This document shows positions 19,082-30,162 of a stretch of 44,096 bases of DNA, one piece after another; within the stretch, counting starts at the first letter, position 1; each line of letters starts with the position of its first letter. This DNA comes from Malassezia furfur (Eukaryota). The DNA lies in the NCBI GenBank assembly GCA_052055015.1, contig JBQJIT010000042.1; one strand, written 5' to 3'. The position numbers and the translations under genes were made by a program. The notes below the pieces were generated by a model. It searched no databases. It saw only the letters and a program-made list of their open reading frames with translations, and was not told the DNA's origin.

Positions 19082-20312
19082 CTATGCATTGCGACCCAGA
19101 CGATCGAGTGCCGCAGGCCCCTTTTCATACCACTCTTGGCGGCTGATCCAGAAGCTGTCACGGTTCTTCATGATATCCGCCAAGACAGCACCACCCAGGA
19201 ACACCATGTGCTTCCTCCTCGGTGGGTCCTCAATACGGATCTTGAAGTTATTGAGCCGGCTTCCATCACCCTGCAGTACGCGCGAGAGGTACAACTGCTT
19301 CATCTCTTTCTCGAGACGACTGGGGAGACCGGGGTACATGCTGCTGCCACCACTGAGCACAATGTGCTTGTACAGCTCGGAGCGCACATCGACCGCTGCG
19401 CTCTGGATCGTCTGGAACAACATCTCTGCCATACCGGCCTGCTCGAGACCGGCCAGGTGCGGCTGGAAGAGGCACTCAGGCGCCTCGAAGCGCTCCGGCC
19501 CGACTTTAATCACGCGACCGTCGGGCAGCGTGTACGACTCGACCAGGACGGTTGTCTCGTCTGCCAACTTCTTGTCGAGGTTCAAGTCATACGAGACGTA
19601 GCAAAGCTTCTCTTTAATCTGGCGCACCGTTTCGAAGTCGGCGGTGCGGTTGAACGCGTAGCCACGCAGCAGAAGCAGCTTGATCAGGTAGCGCGTCACG
19701 TCGCGGCCCGCAATGTCGAGGCGGCGCGTCAGATGCGGCATAGCAAAGCCTTCATACACAGGCACAATGTGCGTCACACCGTCGCCGCTATCGACGACCA
19801 CACCGGTCTGGAGACCCTGCGCATAAAGCGTCAGCACCGCCTGAATCGCGACATAGACGCCGTCGAAGCCGTATTCTTCGAACATGATGCGACACATCTC
19901 TTCACGGTTCTTCTTCGGGTTCATTGGTGGCTCGGTGAGGAGCACCTTGCGACCCTGCGGGTTGATCCGGAGCTTCTCGTCGAACGTATAGTTCCATACT
20001 GCGTGAGCGCAGGCGACGTACCGTGACGCATATCTTCGAAATCCTTCACAACACCATGCTCCATCGGCTGCGTCACCTGGAGGTAGCTGCGCACAGCCTC
20101 AGCCTCGTCGCCGACCATAAGGTCCTTGATCTCCACGCCATTCGCGGAGATGGATTCCCGCTCCTCGGTGCGGAGGATGGGCCGGCCGACGATCGAAGGG
20201 AAGACATGCTCCGAGAAGTTGGAGCCGGCATATCCAACCTTGACAAACTGCGATTAGGACCAGAACGTACGCCAGTACCGTTGTCTACGACAACAGGCCG
20301 TGAATCGTCCAT
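19082..20312 (-). CDS. ARP2: Actin-related protein 2, 3 exons
   Basis: [79 protein letters not shown]. Introns 20248-20270 and 19999-20021. Confidence 0.96.
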
Positions 20313-20362
20313 CGCGATCGACCCCACGACGACAAGGTGCGGAAGCGCCGCACGGGCATATA

Positions 20363-20379
20363 TCACGTGGCACCACGTG
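20363..20379. promoter_or_regulatory. Tandem E-boxes (TCACGTG and CACGTG) in the ARP2/RTF1 divergent promoter
   Basis: Two CACGTG copies 10 nt apart in an 86-nt gap. Confidence 0.5.
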
Positions 20380-20398
20380 CGGCCTACGTGCAGCGGCC

Positions 20399-21901
20399 AT
20401 GTCGGAAGACGGACTGGACGAGGAGCTCATCGCGCTCGTTGGCGAGGGGCAGTCGAGCCCGCCCGCGGGGCCGACGCGATCGCAGCGGCGAACAGCGCTG
20501 CTTGGGGACTCGTCGGATGAAGAAGAAGACGAGGAGGAGGTGGTCGCGTACCCGCTCGAGGGGATCTACAAGGACGAAGAGGATCGCGAGCACCTCTTGA
20601 GCATGAATGAACTCGAGCGCGAAGAGGTGCTCGCACAGCGTCGTGACGAGATCTCGCGCAGGAACCAGCAGGCACAGCTTGCCGCTATGGTTCGGTCGCA
20701 GCAGGCAGCTGCGGGCAAGACCCGCAAGTCGAAGCACTCGGAAGCGGAGAAGGCCAAGCGCCGGAAGCGGTCGCGCGACATGGCGCGGCGCGAACTCGAG
20801 GATCTGGACGACCCATTCGCAGAGTCGGAAGAGGAAGACGTCTTTGCTGAGTCTGAATCGGACGACGAGCGGCCGGCGCGGCGGCCATCGACGACCAAGG
20901 CTTCCAAGCTGTCCGAGCTGCGGCGCAAGCGACAGGAACGCCAACACGGCGCAGCACGTGTCGACGAGAGCGACGATGAGCCAGTACCACAGCGCCGCCG
21001 TCTGCGTGACGATTCCGACTCGGCATACGAAAGCGAGTCGGACTACGAGGACCGCCGCGCGACGCGGCGTCCGACCACTGCCGCCGAGGTGCTGATTGCG
21101 TCCGAGGACGAACCACCGTCGCTTGAGCTTCTCAACTCAATTCGTGTTGGGCGCGACGAAATTGAGCGCCTGCTGTTTCTTCCGTCCGGACCAGAGGCAT
21201 TGCGCGGCTGCTTCATTCGATGCTCCTGGGGCATGCGACCCAAGCCGGAGGGCGGACAAGAGCACGTGTATCGTGTACACCAAATCACGCAGCTGCAGCA
21301 GCGTGAGGACAAGTTCTACGACGTCAGTGCGGACCGGTCGGGGCGGTTCCTGAATACCTACATTACGTTCCGCTGGAACGGCAAGGAGCACAGCGTTGAC
21401 CTTCGGCCGATCAGTACGCAGCCCATCTCCGATTCGGAGCGGCAACGGTGGATTGCTACGTTGAAGGGAAATGCAACCAAGTTCCCCAGCGCCGCGGCCA
21501 TCCAGGAGAAGCAGCACTCGCTCGACGCCGTCCTTAATGCGCCACTCACCGAGGATGACATCAAGAAGATGATCCAGCGCAAACGCGAATTGCGAGCTGC
21601 TGCCGAGGCGAGTGGCGCAGCGAGTGTCCACGCTGCACCGAGTCAGCCTGTCGAGTCGGGCGTGCGTTACGACGAGCATGCCATGGCCCAGATTAACGAG
21701 CGCAATCGCAGGCAGGACCGCGAGCGCATTCAGGAGGCCGAGCGGCGAGCGGCGCGCGCGAAACGCGCCCAGGCACGGCCAGCCCCGGCGCCAACCCCCG
21801 CAGCCCCTGTGTCGCATGTGGCCGTGTCCGAGGCGCTTGCCGCTGCACCGAGCGGTACGGCGGTGGTGCCTTCGATCGACATCGATCTGGGAGACTTTTA
21901 G
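20399..21901 (+). CDS. RTF1: Paf1 complex subunit Rtf1 (Plus3 domain)
   Basis: YPLEGIYKDEEDREHLLSMNELEREEVLAQR, SKLSELRRKR, Plus3-like region (IRVGR..GCFIR..YRVHQI..ISTQPISDSE), MAQINERNR, C-terminal IDIDLGDF. Confidence 0.85.
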   Translation: MSEDGLDEELIALVGEGQSSPPAGPTRSQRRTALLGDSSDEEEDEEEVVAYPLEGIYKDEEDREHLLSMNELEREEVLAQRRDEISRRNQQAQLAAMVRSQQAAAGKTRKSKHSEAEKAKRRKRSRDMARRELEDLDDPFAESEEEDVFAESESDDERPARRPSTTKASKLSELRRKRQERQHGAARVDESDDEPVPQRRRLRDDSDSAYESESDYEDRRATRRPTTAAEVLIASEDEPPSLELLNSIRVGRDEIERLLFLPSGPEALRGCFIRCSWGMRPKPEGGQEHVYRVHQITQLQQREDKFYDVSADRSGRFLNTYITFRWNGKEHSVDLRPISTQPISDSERQRWIATLKGNATKFPSAAAIQEKQHSLDAVLNAPLTEDDIKKMIQRKRELRAAAEASGAASVHAAPSQPVESGVRYDEHAMAQINERNRRQDRERIQEAERRAARAKRAQARPAPAPTPAAPVSHVAVSEALAAAPSGTAVVPSIDIDLGDF

Positions 21902-21926
21902 GTGTACGGGCGCCCCCTTCTTTGTT

Positions 21927-23690
21927 CTATCCTTCTAGCTCCTCGTTCGTAGCCGGAACATCCGACTCTGAATCCGACTCGGCTGCGCCTTCAGCCTTGG
22001 GCTGCCCGCCCGGCGCCCGGCGCTGTTCGCCGAGGCGCAGAATGGCACAATCGGGGATGTGGCCCTCGGGGTTAAGGTACTCGCTGGGGTCAGTAGTGCA
22101 TGCCACGTACAAGTCGGGGCCCACAAACACGTCGAGGTAGTTGAGCCACTTGGCAAACTCGGCGGTGGCGTCTTCGGTGCGGTGGATCTCGTCATAAATG
22201 AAGGTCTGCTTGAACGCGTCCATCTTTTCCTGGAACTCGACAAAATCGACCGGCTCGCGCTTTCCGCCCTCCGCGTTCTCGGGCAGGGGCTTGGACGTGC
22301 CTGAACGCTGGGCAATCATACGGTCAATGCGCTCGTTGTTGTTGGCAACCTTGATGTTGTACCCGCCAAAGTGTGGCTCGACCAACAGCAGGCCGAGACC
22401 TGGCGCTTTTGGCACGTGGATCCGCGCCGGACCAAACGCCTGCGAAATGAGTGACAACGGGGCATTCGTACGTCCGATCAGCACCAGCAGGCCGATCATC
22501 TTGCGGATCTGATGCAGCATGAACGACTGGCCGTGAAACTTGACCGAGACCCACTCGGTGTCGTTAATAATCTTGGGATCCGAAACGGACAACTTCTTCA
22601 TGACACGATGCGAGCTTCGGTCGCGGAACTCCTTGCCGACCGTAAAGTTGTGGAAATTGTGCGGCCCCGTGTACATGTCGAACACAGAGCGCACGCGGGC
22701 CAACTCGTCTGCCGAGATGCGCCATTTGCGCTTGGCGTGCATGTCCTCAGCAAACTCTTTCTCGTAACCCTGAGCCTGCCAGAATGGATGGTTCAGCATC
22801 GCATTGTCGCGCACGGCGGGGTCATCCCACGGTGCGACGCTCGACTCACTGCTTTCCTCGCCGACATTAAGTCGGCGCAGCATCTTCCACATCGAGCTGT
22901 ATGGTTTTGGCGGGAGAAAGACGTAGGTAGGCAACAAGTACTCGTAAAGGCGCTCGTCGCAGCTCGTGCGTGCATTGAATGCGTTTTGAACGCGGCGCAT
23001 GCCCCAAATGCGGACGTGCGGGGGCAGCAGAGTATTCACGTATTCGGTTAGCGTCTGCCCTTCAGCCAGCACTGGCGGTTCCAGCATAAGCTTGGCCGTA
23101 AGCAGATTGCCAGCGGCATGTACACCGCGATCCGTACGCGCAGCTCGCTGCAGTTGGATTTTGTTCGGGTTGACAGCGTTTTCCTCACTGACAGCGCCTG
23201 CGCGGCAGAACGCGTCGAAGATATCGCCCTCGATCGTCTTTACGCCAGGATTGCTGTGTATGTTAGTGGCGTACGACATACATCTGGAGACCGGAGTAGC
23301 CCGAGCCGCAGTAGCCAAAAAAGATAGCCACTTTGCGTTTCTGTATGAGCACAAGGTGGGTTTACATACCGCCTGCCGGCCCTGACCCTCTTGGCTGGCC
23401 TGGGAATCGTTGCGGTCTTTCTTTTCCTGCACGGACGCATCACTGGATACAGCAGTTACCGCTGGGTGGGGGACCGCAGGTGCCGAAGCCGCGTGTGCAT
23501 CCTCAACCTGCGCGGCGTGCGATTTTTCTTCGGCGTTGGGCGCATTGACGGGCGGAACGTCTGGTTCTTTTTCGAGGAGTGGTGGCTGCACTTCCTCTGG
23601 CACACTGTGCGTGGCCTCACCCGAGTCAGTGCGCGCCGCCTTGGCCGCGGCGGCTGCCTCTTCTTCCCAAGCTGCTCCACGCTTGGACAT
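21927..23690 (-). CDS. PUS1: tRNA pseudouridine synthase 1 (TruA family), 4 exons
   Basis: KRKVAIFFGYCGSGYSGLQIN appears after removing introns 23341-23369 and 23254-23281. Also RAARTDRGVHAAGN, HNFHNFT, GQSFMLHQIRKM, PKAPGLGL. Third intron 22084-22110. Confidence 0.93.
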   Translation of the reverse strand: MSKRGAAWEEEAAAAAKAARTDSGEATHSVPEEVQPPLLEKEPDVPPVNAPNAEEKSHAAQVEDAHAASAPAVPHPAVTAVSSDASVQEKKDRNDSQASQEGQGRQAVCKPTLCSYRNAKWLSFLATAARATPVSRCMSYATNIHSNPGVKTIEGDIFDAFCRAGAVSEENAVNPNKIQLQRAARTDRGVHAAGNLLTAKLMLEPPVLAEGQTLTEYVNTLLPPHVRIWGMRRVQNAFNARTSCDERLYEYLLPTYVFLPPKPYSSMWKMLRRLNVGEESSESSVAPWDDPAVRDNAMLNHPFWQAQGYEKEFAEDMHAKRKWRISADELARVRSVFDMYTGPHNFHNFTVGKEFRDRSSHRVMKKLSVSDPKIINDTEWVSVKFHGQSFMLHQIRKMIGLLVLIGRTNAPLSLISQAFGPARIHVPKAPGLGLLLVEPHFGGYNIKVANNNERIDRMIAQRSGTSKPLPENAEGGKREPVDFVEFQEKMDAFKQTFIYDEIHRTEDATAEFAKWLNYLDVFVGPDLYVACTTDPSEYLNPEGHIPDCAILRLGEQRRAPGGQPKAEGAAESDSESDVPATNEELEG

Positions 23691-23702
23691 GTTCGTGTCG
23701 CG

Positions 23703-23709
23703 CACGTGA
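23703..23709. promoter_or_regulatory. CACGTGA E-box in the PUS1/DnaJ divergent promoter
   Basis: Lies in the 55-nt gap between the two ATGs. Confidence 0.5.
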
Positions 23710-23745
23710 TGCAACTTTACGGCGCCGCGTCTTTCACTGTCGCGA

Positions 23746-25275
23746 ATGTCTTCGGAGTCGCCGGCGGACGCCGCCAAGGAGCGCGGCAACACGCTTTTCA
23801 AAGCGGGAAAGTACCGCGATGCAGTACAGGCATATACAGAGGCGATTGCGCAAGACGAGAGCGGCGCACCGCTGCTCCTCCTGAATCGCGCAGCGGCATA
23901 CCTTGCCCTAAGTGACTACCGGAGTGGTGTCAACGACTGCCGCCTCGCGATCCAGAAACAGGGCAGCGAGCCGACTGCCAAGGCATTTACGCGTTTGGCC
24001 AAGTGCTATATTGGTCTCGGCGAGCTGTCGCTCGCTGCCGAGGCTGCGCGGTCCGCGTCGAGTGCAGCGAATGCGACGCCTGCCGAGCAGACGCAGGCCG
24101 TGGACGTGGGCAACCAGGTGCGCGACATCGAGAAGCACCTTACGAGCTTCCACAACTATATGCAAGAAAAGAACTGGACGCTTGCATCTATCGCTCTTGA
24201 TCAGGCACAGCGTGCGGCGAAGCTCACCGAGGCCTCTTCGCCCGCTGCGTGGAAGCTGCTGCGTGCGACACTGCAGCTGCAACGCGGCAACATTTCGCAG
24301 GCTCACTCGATTGCGATGGACATGTACCGTGCGGATCCAAACAGCACAGATGCGCTCCTGCTCGGTGCGCGGGTGATGCTTGCGAACAACGACGTCCAAA
24401 AGGCCGTGACGCAGGTGCAGGCGGCGCTGCGCAACGACCCCGATCGGGCCGATGTGAAACAGTTCCTGCGCAAGTGCAAGACGCTCGCATCGCTCAAGGA
24501 AGCGGCGAATACGGCGTTCAAGCAGAATCATACCGACGAGGCGCTCGCCAAATACGCTGAGCTCCTCCAGCTTGCGGACCAGGACACGGCGCGCGATGGC
24601 GACCCGAAGCGGTTCAAGGCGGTGATTTACTCAAACCGCGCCATTCTTGAGTCCAAGATGGGCGATTACACGGCGTCGATCGCCGACTGCACAACCGCGC
24701 TCGAGCTGGACCCGGGCTACACCAAGCCGCTTCGTACGCGCGCACGTGCGTACCTGAGCAACGAGGCGTACGAGGACGCCGTGCGCGACTTCAAAAAGGC
24801 GCTCGAGGAGAGCGTCGGTACTCCCGACGCTGACTCGCTGCGCCGCGAGCTGCGCCAGGCTGAATTGGACCTAAAGCGGAGCAAGAAGAAAGACTACTAC
24901 AAAATTCTTAACGTGTCCAAGACGGCGACCGAGAGCGAGATCAAGAAGGCCTTCCGCAAGGAGTCGCTTAAGCACCATCCCGACAAGGGCGGCGACGAGG
25001 AGAAGTTCAAGCTTTGCAACGAGGCCTACGGCGTGCTCAGCGACGCACAGAAGCGCCGTCGGTACGACTCGGGCGTGGACGACATGGACGAGATGGACAT
25101 GGGCGGCGGCATGGGCGGCATGGGCGGCATGTACGGTGGTATGGGCGGTATGGGTGGCATGGGGGGCGTCAACCTCGCCGACCTGTTCGGCCCGGGCTTC
25201 GCCAACTTCGACATGGGCCCGGGCCCAGGCGGCGCGCGGTACTCGACTGGCGGCCCCAGCTTCCATTTCGGCTGA
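23746..25275 (+). CDS. TPR-repeat J-domain co-chaperone (DNAJC7-like)
   Basis: TPRs ([28 protein letters not shown]), [17 protein letters not shown], Gly/Met-rich tail. Confidence 0.9.
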   Translation: MSSESPADAAKERGNTLFKAGKYRDAVQAYTEAIAQDESGAPLLLLNRAAAYLALSDYRSGVNDCRLAIQKQGSEPTAKAFTRLAKCYIGLGELSLAAEAARSASSAANATPAEQTQAVDVGNQVRDIEKHLTSFHNYMQEKNWTLASIALDQAQRAAKLTEASSPAAWKLLRATLQLQRGNISQAHSIAMDMYRADPNSTDALLLGARVMLANNDVQKAVTQVQAALRNDPDRADVKQFLRKCKTLASLKEAANTAFKQNHTDEALAKYAELLQLADQDTARDGDPKRFKAVIYSNRAILESKMGDYTASIADCTTALELDPGYTKPLRTRARAYLSNEAYEDAVRDFKKALEESVGTPDADSLRRELRQAELDLKRSKKKDYYKILNVSKTATESEIKKAFRKESLKHHPDKGGDEEKFKLCNEAYGVLSDAQKRRRYDSGVDDMDEMDMGGGMGGMGGMYGGMGGMGGMGGVNLADLFGPGFANFDMGPGPGGARYSTGGPSFHFG

Positions 25276-25283
25276 GCAACGAG

Positions 25284-27144
25284 CTATGTGGCGCGCGGCA
25301 GAAACGAGGAAATCTCCACCGAACAGCGACCGTTGCGTTTGCCTGGGTGAGTGCTCGCACGACGTACATAAAATCACACATTTGTCCTCCCAAAAGCGCA
25401 CAGCCCACACCGTGTCGCACGGTTCACATAGCTGGCGTAGGTATCGTCCTGTACGGGCATCCCAGAGCTTGACGAGGCCGTCGGCACCGCCCGTGACCAA
25501 GTACTTGTCGTTCATCTGCAGCGTCGACACGCTGCTGTCGTGCGCACACAGGCGGTATAGACACTCAAACGTCTTGAGCGAAAAGACAATCACGCGACCG
25601 TCACCGCTGCCGGAAGCCAACACATCGTTGTAGAGTTGTAGCTGCGCCACAACGTGCGTGTACCCTTGGAACACGGCCAGACACGCGCCCGTGTCCGCAT
25701 CCCACACACGCACCGTCGAGTCGCTGCTCCCCGCTACCACGTAGCGCCCGTCGAATGCGATGGCATAGATCTGCAGATGGTGGCCCTTGAGGATATGCAG
25801 GCACCGGCCCGTATCCACGTCCCAGATGCGGCATGTAAAGTCGTAGCTCCCGCTCGCGACACGGTTGCCCGACGTGTCCAAGCAGCGCACCGAGTGCTGG
25901 TGCCCAGCCAGGACATGCATCAGCTTGCCTTGCTCCAAGTCCCACACACGCAATGTGCCGTCCCGCGAGCCAGACACGGCAATGGGCCGCCCGTCTAGCA
26001 CCTGGACACACCGGATCGTCGAGGTGTGCCCACGTAGTACATGCTCGCACTCCCCGGTCGTCATGTTCCACACGCGCAAGAATCGATCAGAGCCTGCGCT
26101 GACTAGCAGCGTATCTGGCCGCCCCCAGCCGCGCGTGCGGCCGAGCAAGGCATCGCGCTCCCCGGCGCCCCACTGGGCGGCGTCGAGGACATCCGACAGC
26201 GCCACGCCGCGGCTTTCGTCCTCAAAGAGCGACAAACGTGCCGAACGCGCACGGTCTACAAATGCGCGTTGCATGCCGTCGGCGTGCTCCAAGCCAGGGA
26301 GCGACGCAGGGCACACGTTGGTGCCGGACGCAAGCATGAGGCACCATACGCCGCTCTCGTGGCCATTGAGTGTACGGATCAGCTCGCCAGTTCGTGCAGA
26401 AAAGACAAAGACGGTACGTGTGGTCATTCCCACGACGATGTAGTTGGCATCCATCGCACAACAAGTCAGTGCCAGCCGCCGGTTGGGATCGGGATTTGCA
26501 TCGGCCAATTCGTCGGAAATGTGCACCGTGAGCAGGCGGCCGGAGCGGAGCCAGTTGCGCTCCGTCAAGTAGGCCAGCTGAAAGTACTGTTTGAGTGAAA
26601 TGCGCTCGTGGGCGCCGATGCTCAGCGTTGTGGACGGCACACCTGACGCGTCGTACCGGAAGAAAGACGCGCGCCGGCGAATCCGCGGCGCATCCTCCTG
26701 CATGGGCTCCGCACGTGCACCAGATAGTTTGATGAGCGAGGTCAGCATCCATCGGAGCTTGGCCTGGGTATTGTATCCGTGGCGCACACATAGGTTGCCC
26801 CAGATATGTTCGTCATTCGCCAGCTGGTACCATGTCTTGCTCACAGCCGCCGCACGAGTGAGCGCGTACGGCTCCTCAAGGTGTTCCAGCACGTGCAGCG
26901 CAACTTCCATGGGGAACCGCTGCAGAAAGTCAACCTTCAGCTGCGGCCCAATGAGTGACTCGAGGTGGGACAGTTCACGAACGTTGCAGAGTGGCATCAG
27001 CGCCTCCAAAAATGCCATGCGAGTCGTTCCAGGCGCCGTTGAAAAATGCGCAAGTGCATCTTGAAGTGAAGTATCGCTTCCTGGAGGTGCACTCTCGCTG
27101 GCGGTCGCCATTAGCGCCCATCCAGCTCCATGGGCCCCCTCCAT
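25284..27144 (-). CDS. F-box/WD40 protein, Cdc4/Fbw7-like, 2 exons
   Basis: F-box DFLQRFPMEVALHVL..VSKTW; WD40 repeats GHTSTIRC, SGSRDGTLRVWD, GHQHSVRC. Intron 25343-25367 gives the C-terminus CKRNGRCSVEISSFLPRAT. Confidence 0.85.
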
Positions 27145-27261
27145 CGCGACGCGCGGTCCTAAAGTGCCAAGGTGACTGCTGACTCAGCGACGCGCGCGTC
27201 TTAACGGATTCTAGCTAACCAATCGTTACGGAAATTATCGAAGTGGGGAAATGAACGCGTC

Positions 27262-28178
27262 CTAGTCAATCGTCGGACGGGGGGCGCAGCAGCAGTCGTC
27301 CGTTGCCGCAGCGGAACGCGTGTTGATGGCAGCTGCCTCGCCTTCCACTGGCAGTCCAGAGGCAGCAGGCGTCACAGGCGCAGCTTCGGGCAACTTCGTT
27401 GGCCCCCGGTTATATTCATTAATCGTGAGTTGCGAGCCAGGAGAGCCACACGGAGCTTCGCCCGTGCACCCTGCCGTGGCACAGTGTCCGGTTGCATCGT
27501 AAGGAAGGGCGCCTAGCGTGTCCCACGATGCGATGAAGTGACCAATCATTGCGCCAAGAATCACCGAAATGAAGATGTACGCATTAAACGACATGATCGC
27601 AAGCATGATCAGGTACGCGCTCGTAAATTGGATCGCATACAGAATGGACCGAACGATTTGCTGGATCAAAGTCGGACGCAGGCGTATCGATTGTGAACGC
27701 GGCTCAAACGAGGGGTTGAAGATGGTGCCAAACGTGCGGCTCATGAGCGATGTTGGTGCGCTCGTAGCGCGGCGTTCCTGCTGGATAGGAAAAGCACCCG
27801 AGAAACCATTCCGCGAAAACTCTTCAGGGTATTTTTCGCGCTCCTTCATCAGCTGCTCGGTCGCATCGGCGATGATGTAACGGTCATATTCGCGGGCCCA
27901 CCGCCGAATAAACTCCGTCAACATCGCCCAAAATGCAAGACCCACACAGGATCCACCAAACTTGCCGCTATCGGTAATGTGCCAAGAAGGTGTCAACAGA
28001 CAAGTGCCAATCGTCTGCCAGTTGAACCTGGAGTTAGCCGAGAGACTTACAGCATGTTCATGCTCGAACAACCATTACCCGAGTGGTCCATATGGTCCAT
28101 ATGTCCCATGTCCATGTCACCCGAGTCCATACCTCCAGACGCATGGCGGTCGCCCAACCCATTCATGTTCCACGACAT
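27262..28178 (-). CDS. Ctr-family high-affinity copper transporter, 2 exons
   Basis: Met/His-rich N-terminus MDMGHMDHMDH, SMNML|FNWQT..C...SWHI across intron 28028-28050, MxxxM (MLAIM), GxxxG (GAMIG), CCC near the C-terminus. Confidence 0.9.
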
Positions 28179-28404
28179 CTCGTTGACGAGAGTGAGATAG
28201 AAATGGAGTCGTGCTTTTGTCTTCTAAGGCGCCCCCGCTCGGCGACTTTCCGAACAACTCGGTGCATAATTATTCGCACTGGCACCGAAAAGTCTCCGAC
28301 CAATAGGAACCCCTCGCGTGGCGATCCTCAAGCTTATCCCCCAACGAGCGTCCAACGCGCCAAGGCCAATGCGCGTGCAGGCGTGAAAACAGAGCGAGGG
28401 GTGC

Positions 28405-29964
28405 ATGATTCAGAAAGTGTTAATGGAATCAATTGCATTTCGTACACTAGCACCATATGGTGCATGGGAGTCACCCATCGATGAAGCGTCTCTTAACAAG
28501 GCAATCGTAACTGGACCCCATGATCAGTCTGTGCAGTTTCCTACTCAGGTATTGGCGGATTCGACAGGCTTTTGTGCGATTCCAGAGGGATTCAACAACG
28601 ATCCTGAACCCCTCACTTTCCCTACCCAACGACCAGATGGGACAACCTCACAGGGTCATGCGCTTTTCTATGCTCCGCAAAATCCTCGCTTTCAAGCATC
28701 TGCAGATACATTACCGCCCTGTCGTGTTATTGTAAATACTGGATCAACAGCCGATGGTTCTTTTGAATGTAATCTGGCCATTCGATACTGGACCTCGCGT
28801 GGATGGTCCGTGTGTATGGTGAACAGCGAAGCCGACCTAGAAAAAGGAAATGAGCGCGGTCAAGATCTCGATCAACAACTGGAAAAGGCCATACGCGACT
28901 GTGTTTCAGTCGCCTGTTATCTTGGTGGCTTGCCATTGCCATGGGCCAAGTTGGCCAAGAATGAGTCATCTCCTTACTCCTCGTTTCGTCTGTCAGAAAC
29001 GCAGGAAAACAATGGCGCTCATACCTTCACGCTAACGCGCAATTCTTTTCCCGTCAAAACCGATCTGCTAATTGCAGCTAGTGCCTGCTTGCTTGTTTCG
29101 GCAATTGCTTTTCCCAGATGGAATCGCATGATGTCTCTACTCGCTGGGTTTAGTTCCGCCCTGGTCGTTGTTTTCTTACGTGCATGCTTTCATGTCCAGT
29201 CAGGTATGTGGATGCCTCACACAGAAACCATCTCTGTCTTGCCATTCTTGGGTGTGACATTAACTACTCATCGAGGGTTTGGTATTCATGGTCTGTCCTT
29301 GATGAGTCGCACCGAGAGCACATTTATTCCGCGCGATACTATCCTGGACTTTGTCATGCTCGAAGCCATCCAGCGATGGCAGATTGTCGACTATGCCGCG
29401 TTGCTCACTCGTTCGCCAGGATACCCCGAGAATGAGAAAGTTTGCGTCGTGTTCCCTCATCTTTTCCCTCCAGTGTCTGTATACGTGCATGTCTACCAAA
29501 AGCTACATGGTGTCTTATTCGGACAAAAGATCAAACACTCGGCACGCGTCGATTCGGCCAAGATCTGTATAAGTGGGCATTCGCAGGATGGATGGGCTGT
29601 GCTGGGTGCGCTGCGAAACTACCCAGGTATTTTTTGTGGAGGGTACTGCGACTGGATCTCGGCTCCGATCCATTCGGAAATCAACCCGCAAACATACGAT
29701 TTTCAAGCCTCTACAATTCTATGCCAGCCTATGTTGACAACGAAAGCTGGGCAGGTGCCACTCCTTATGTGCCAACGAAATCAAGACGAGACGGCATCGC
29801 CGATGGCCGAAGCTGTACGTGCATATGGCGGTTCCCTTGAGAAGATCGAGCAGCCTCGTGGCAAAGAAAGAGATTTGCGTGGTACTGCCCGCGTCCAAGC
29901 GTTGCGCGCCGAAGTGCGTCATTTGGCCCGGGCGGCCGGGGTCGCCGAGCCATGGTCCGACTAG
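28405..29964 (+). CDS. GPI15: Chimeric protein: PIG-H/Gpi15 domain inserted in a degenerate S9 (acylaminoacyl/dipeptidyl peptidase-like) hydrolase
   Basis: PIG-H-like: two hydrophobic helices, then ETISVLPFLGVTL..STFIPRDTILDFVMLEAI..VVFPHLFPP..VYQ. S9-like flanks: APYGAWESPI, HALFYAPQNP, IRYWTSRGW, RVDSAKICISGHSQDG. In-frame intron 29204-29224. Confidence 0.7.
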   Translation: MIQKVLMESIAFRTLAPYGAWESPIDEASLNKAIVTGPHDQSVQFPTQVLADSTGFCAIPEGFNNDPEPLTFPTQRPDGTTSQGHALFYAPQNPRFQASADTLPPCRVIVNTGSTADGSFECNLAIRYWTSRGWSVCMVNSEADLEKGNERGQDLDQQLEKAIRDCVSVACYLGGLPLPWAKLAKNESSPYSSFRLSETQENNGAHTFTLTRNSFPVKTDLLIAASACLLVSAIAFPRWNRMMSLLAGFSSALVVVFLRACFHVQSGMWMPHTETISVLPFLGVTLTTHRGFGIHGLSLMSRTESTFIPRDTILDFVMLEAIQRWQIVDYAALLTRSPGYPENEKVCVVFPHLFPPVSVYVHVYQKLHGVLFGQKIKHSARVDSAKICISGHSQDGWAVLGALRNYPGIFCGGYCDWISAPIHSEINPQTYDFQASTILCQPMLTTKAGQVPLLMCQRNQDETASPMAEAVRAYGGSLEKIEQPRGKERDLRGTARVQALRAEVRHLARAAGVAEPWSD

Positions 29965-30162
29965 CCACGTGATGCTCATTTGTCAGCCATGGACCGTGCG
30001 CAGTTAGGCTCGGGAACGACACCATGCCGTGCGCGAGGTGTCATTCTGATTGTACGCACGCAGATAGCCCACCATACCCACCGCAATCATGTCCTATAGT
30101 ATACCAACCACTACGCCTGCATTAGGCTCTCTGACGGCGGCAAACGCCTGTGTCTAGGTCAT

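Noticed and set aside
25096..25170. Repeated ATGGGCGGC units
   Set aside because: They encode the ordinary Gly/Met-rich tail of the J-protein; not a CRISPR array or mobile-element repeat.
27180..27186. TGACTCA (Gcn4/AP-1-like) site upstream of the F-box gene
   Set aside because: A single 7-mer without supporting context.
28200..29900. Lower-GC region as a candidate centromere
   Set aside because: It is almost entirely one open reading frame and only moderately AT-rich, with no long AT-rich non-coding core.
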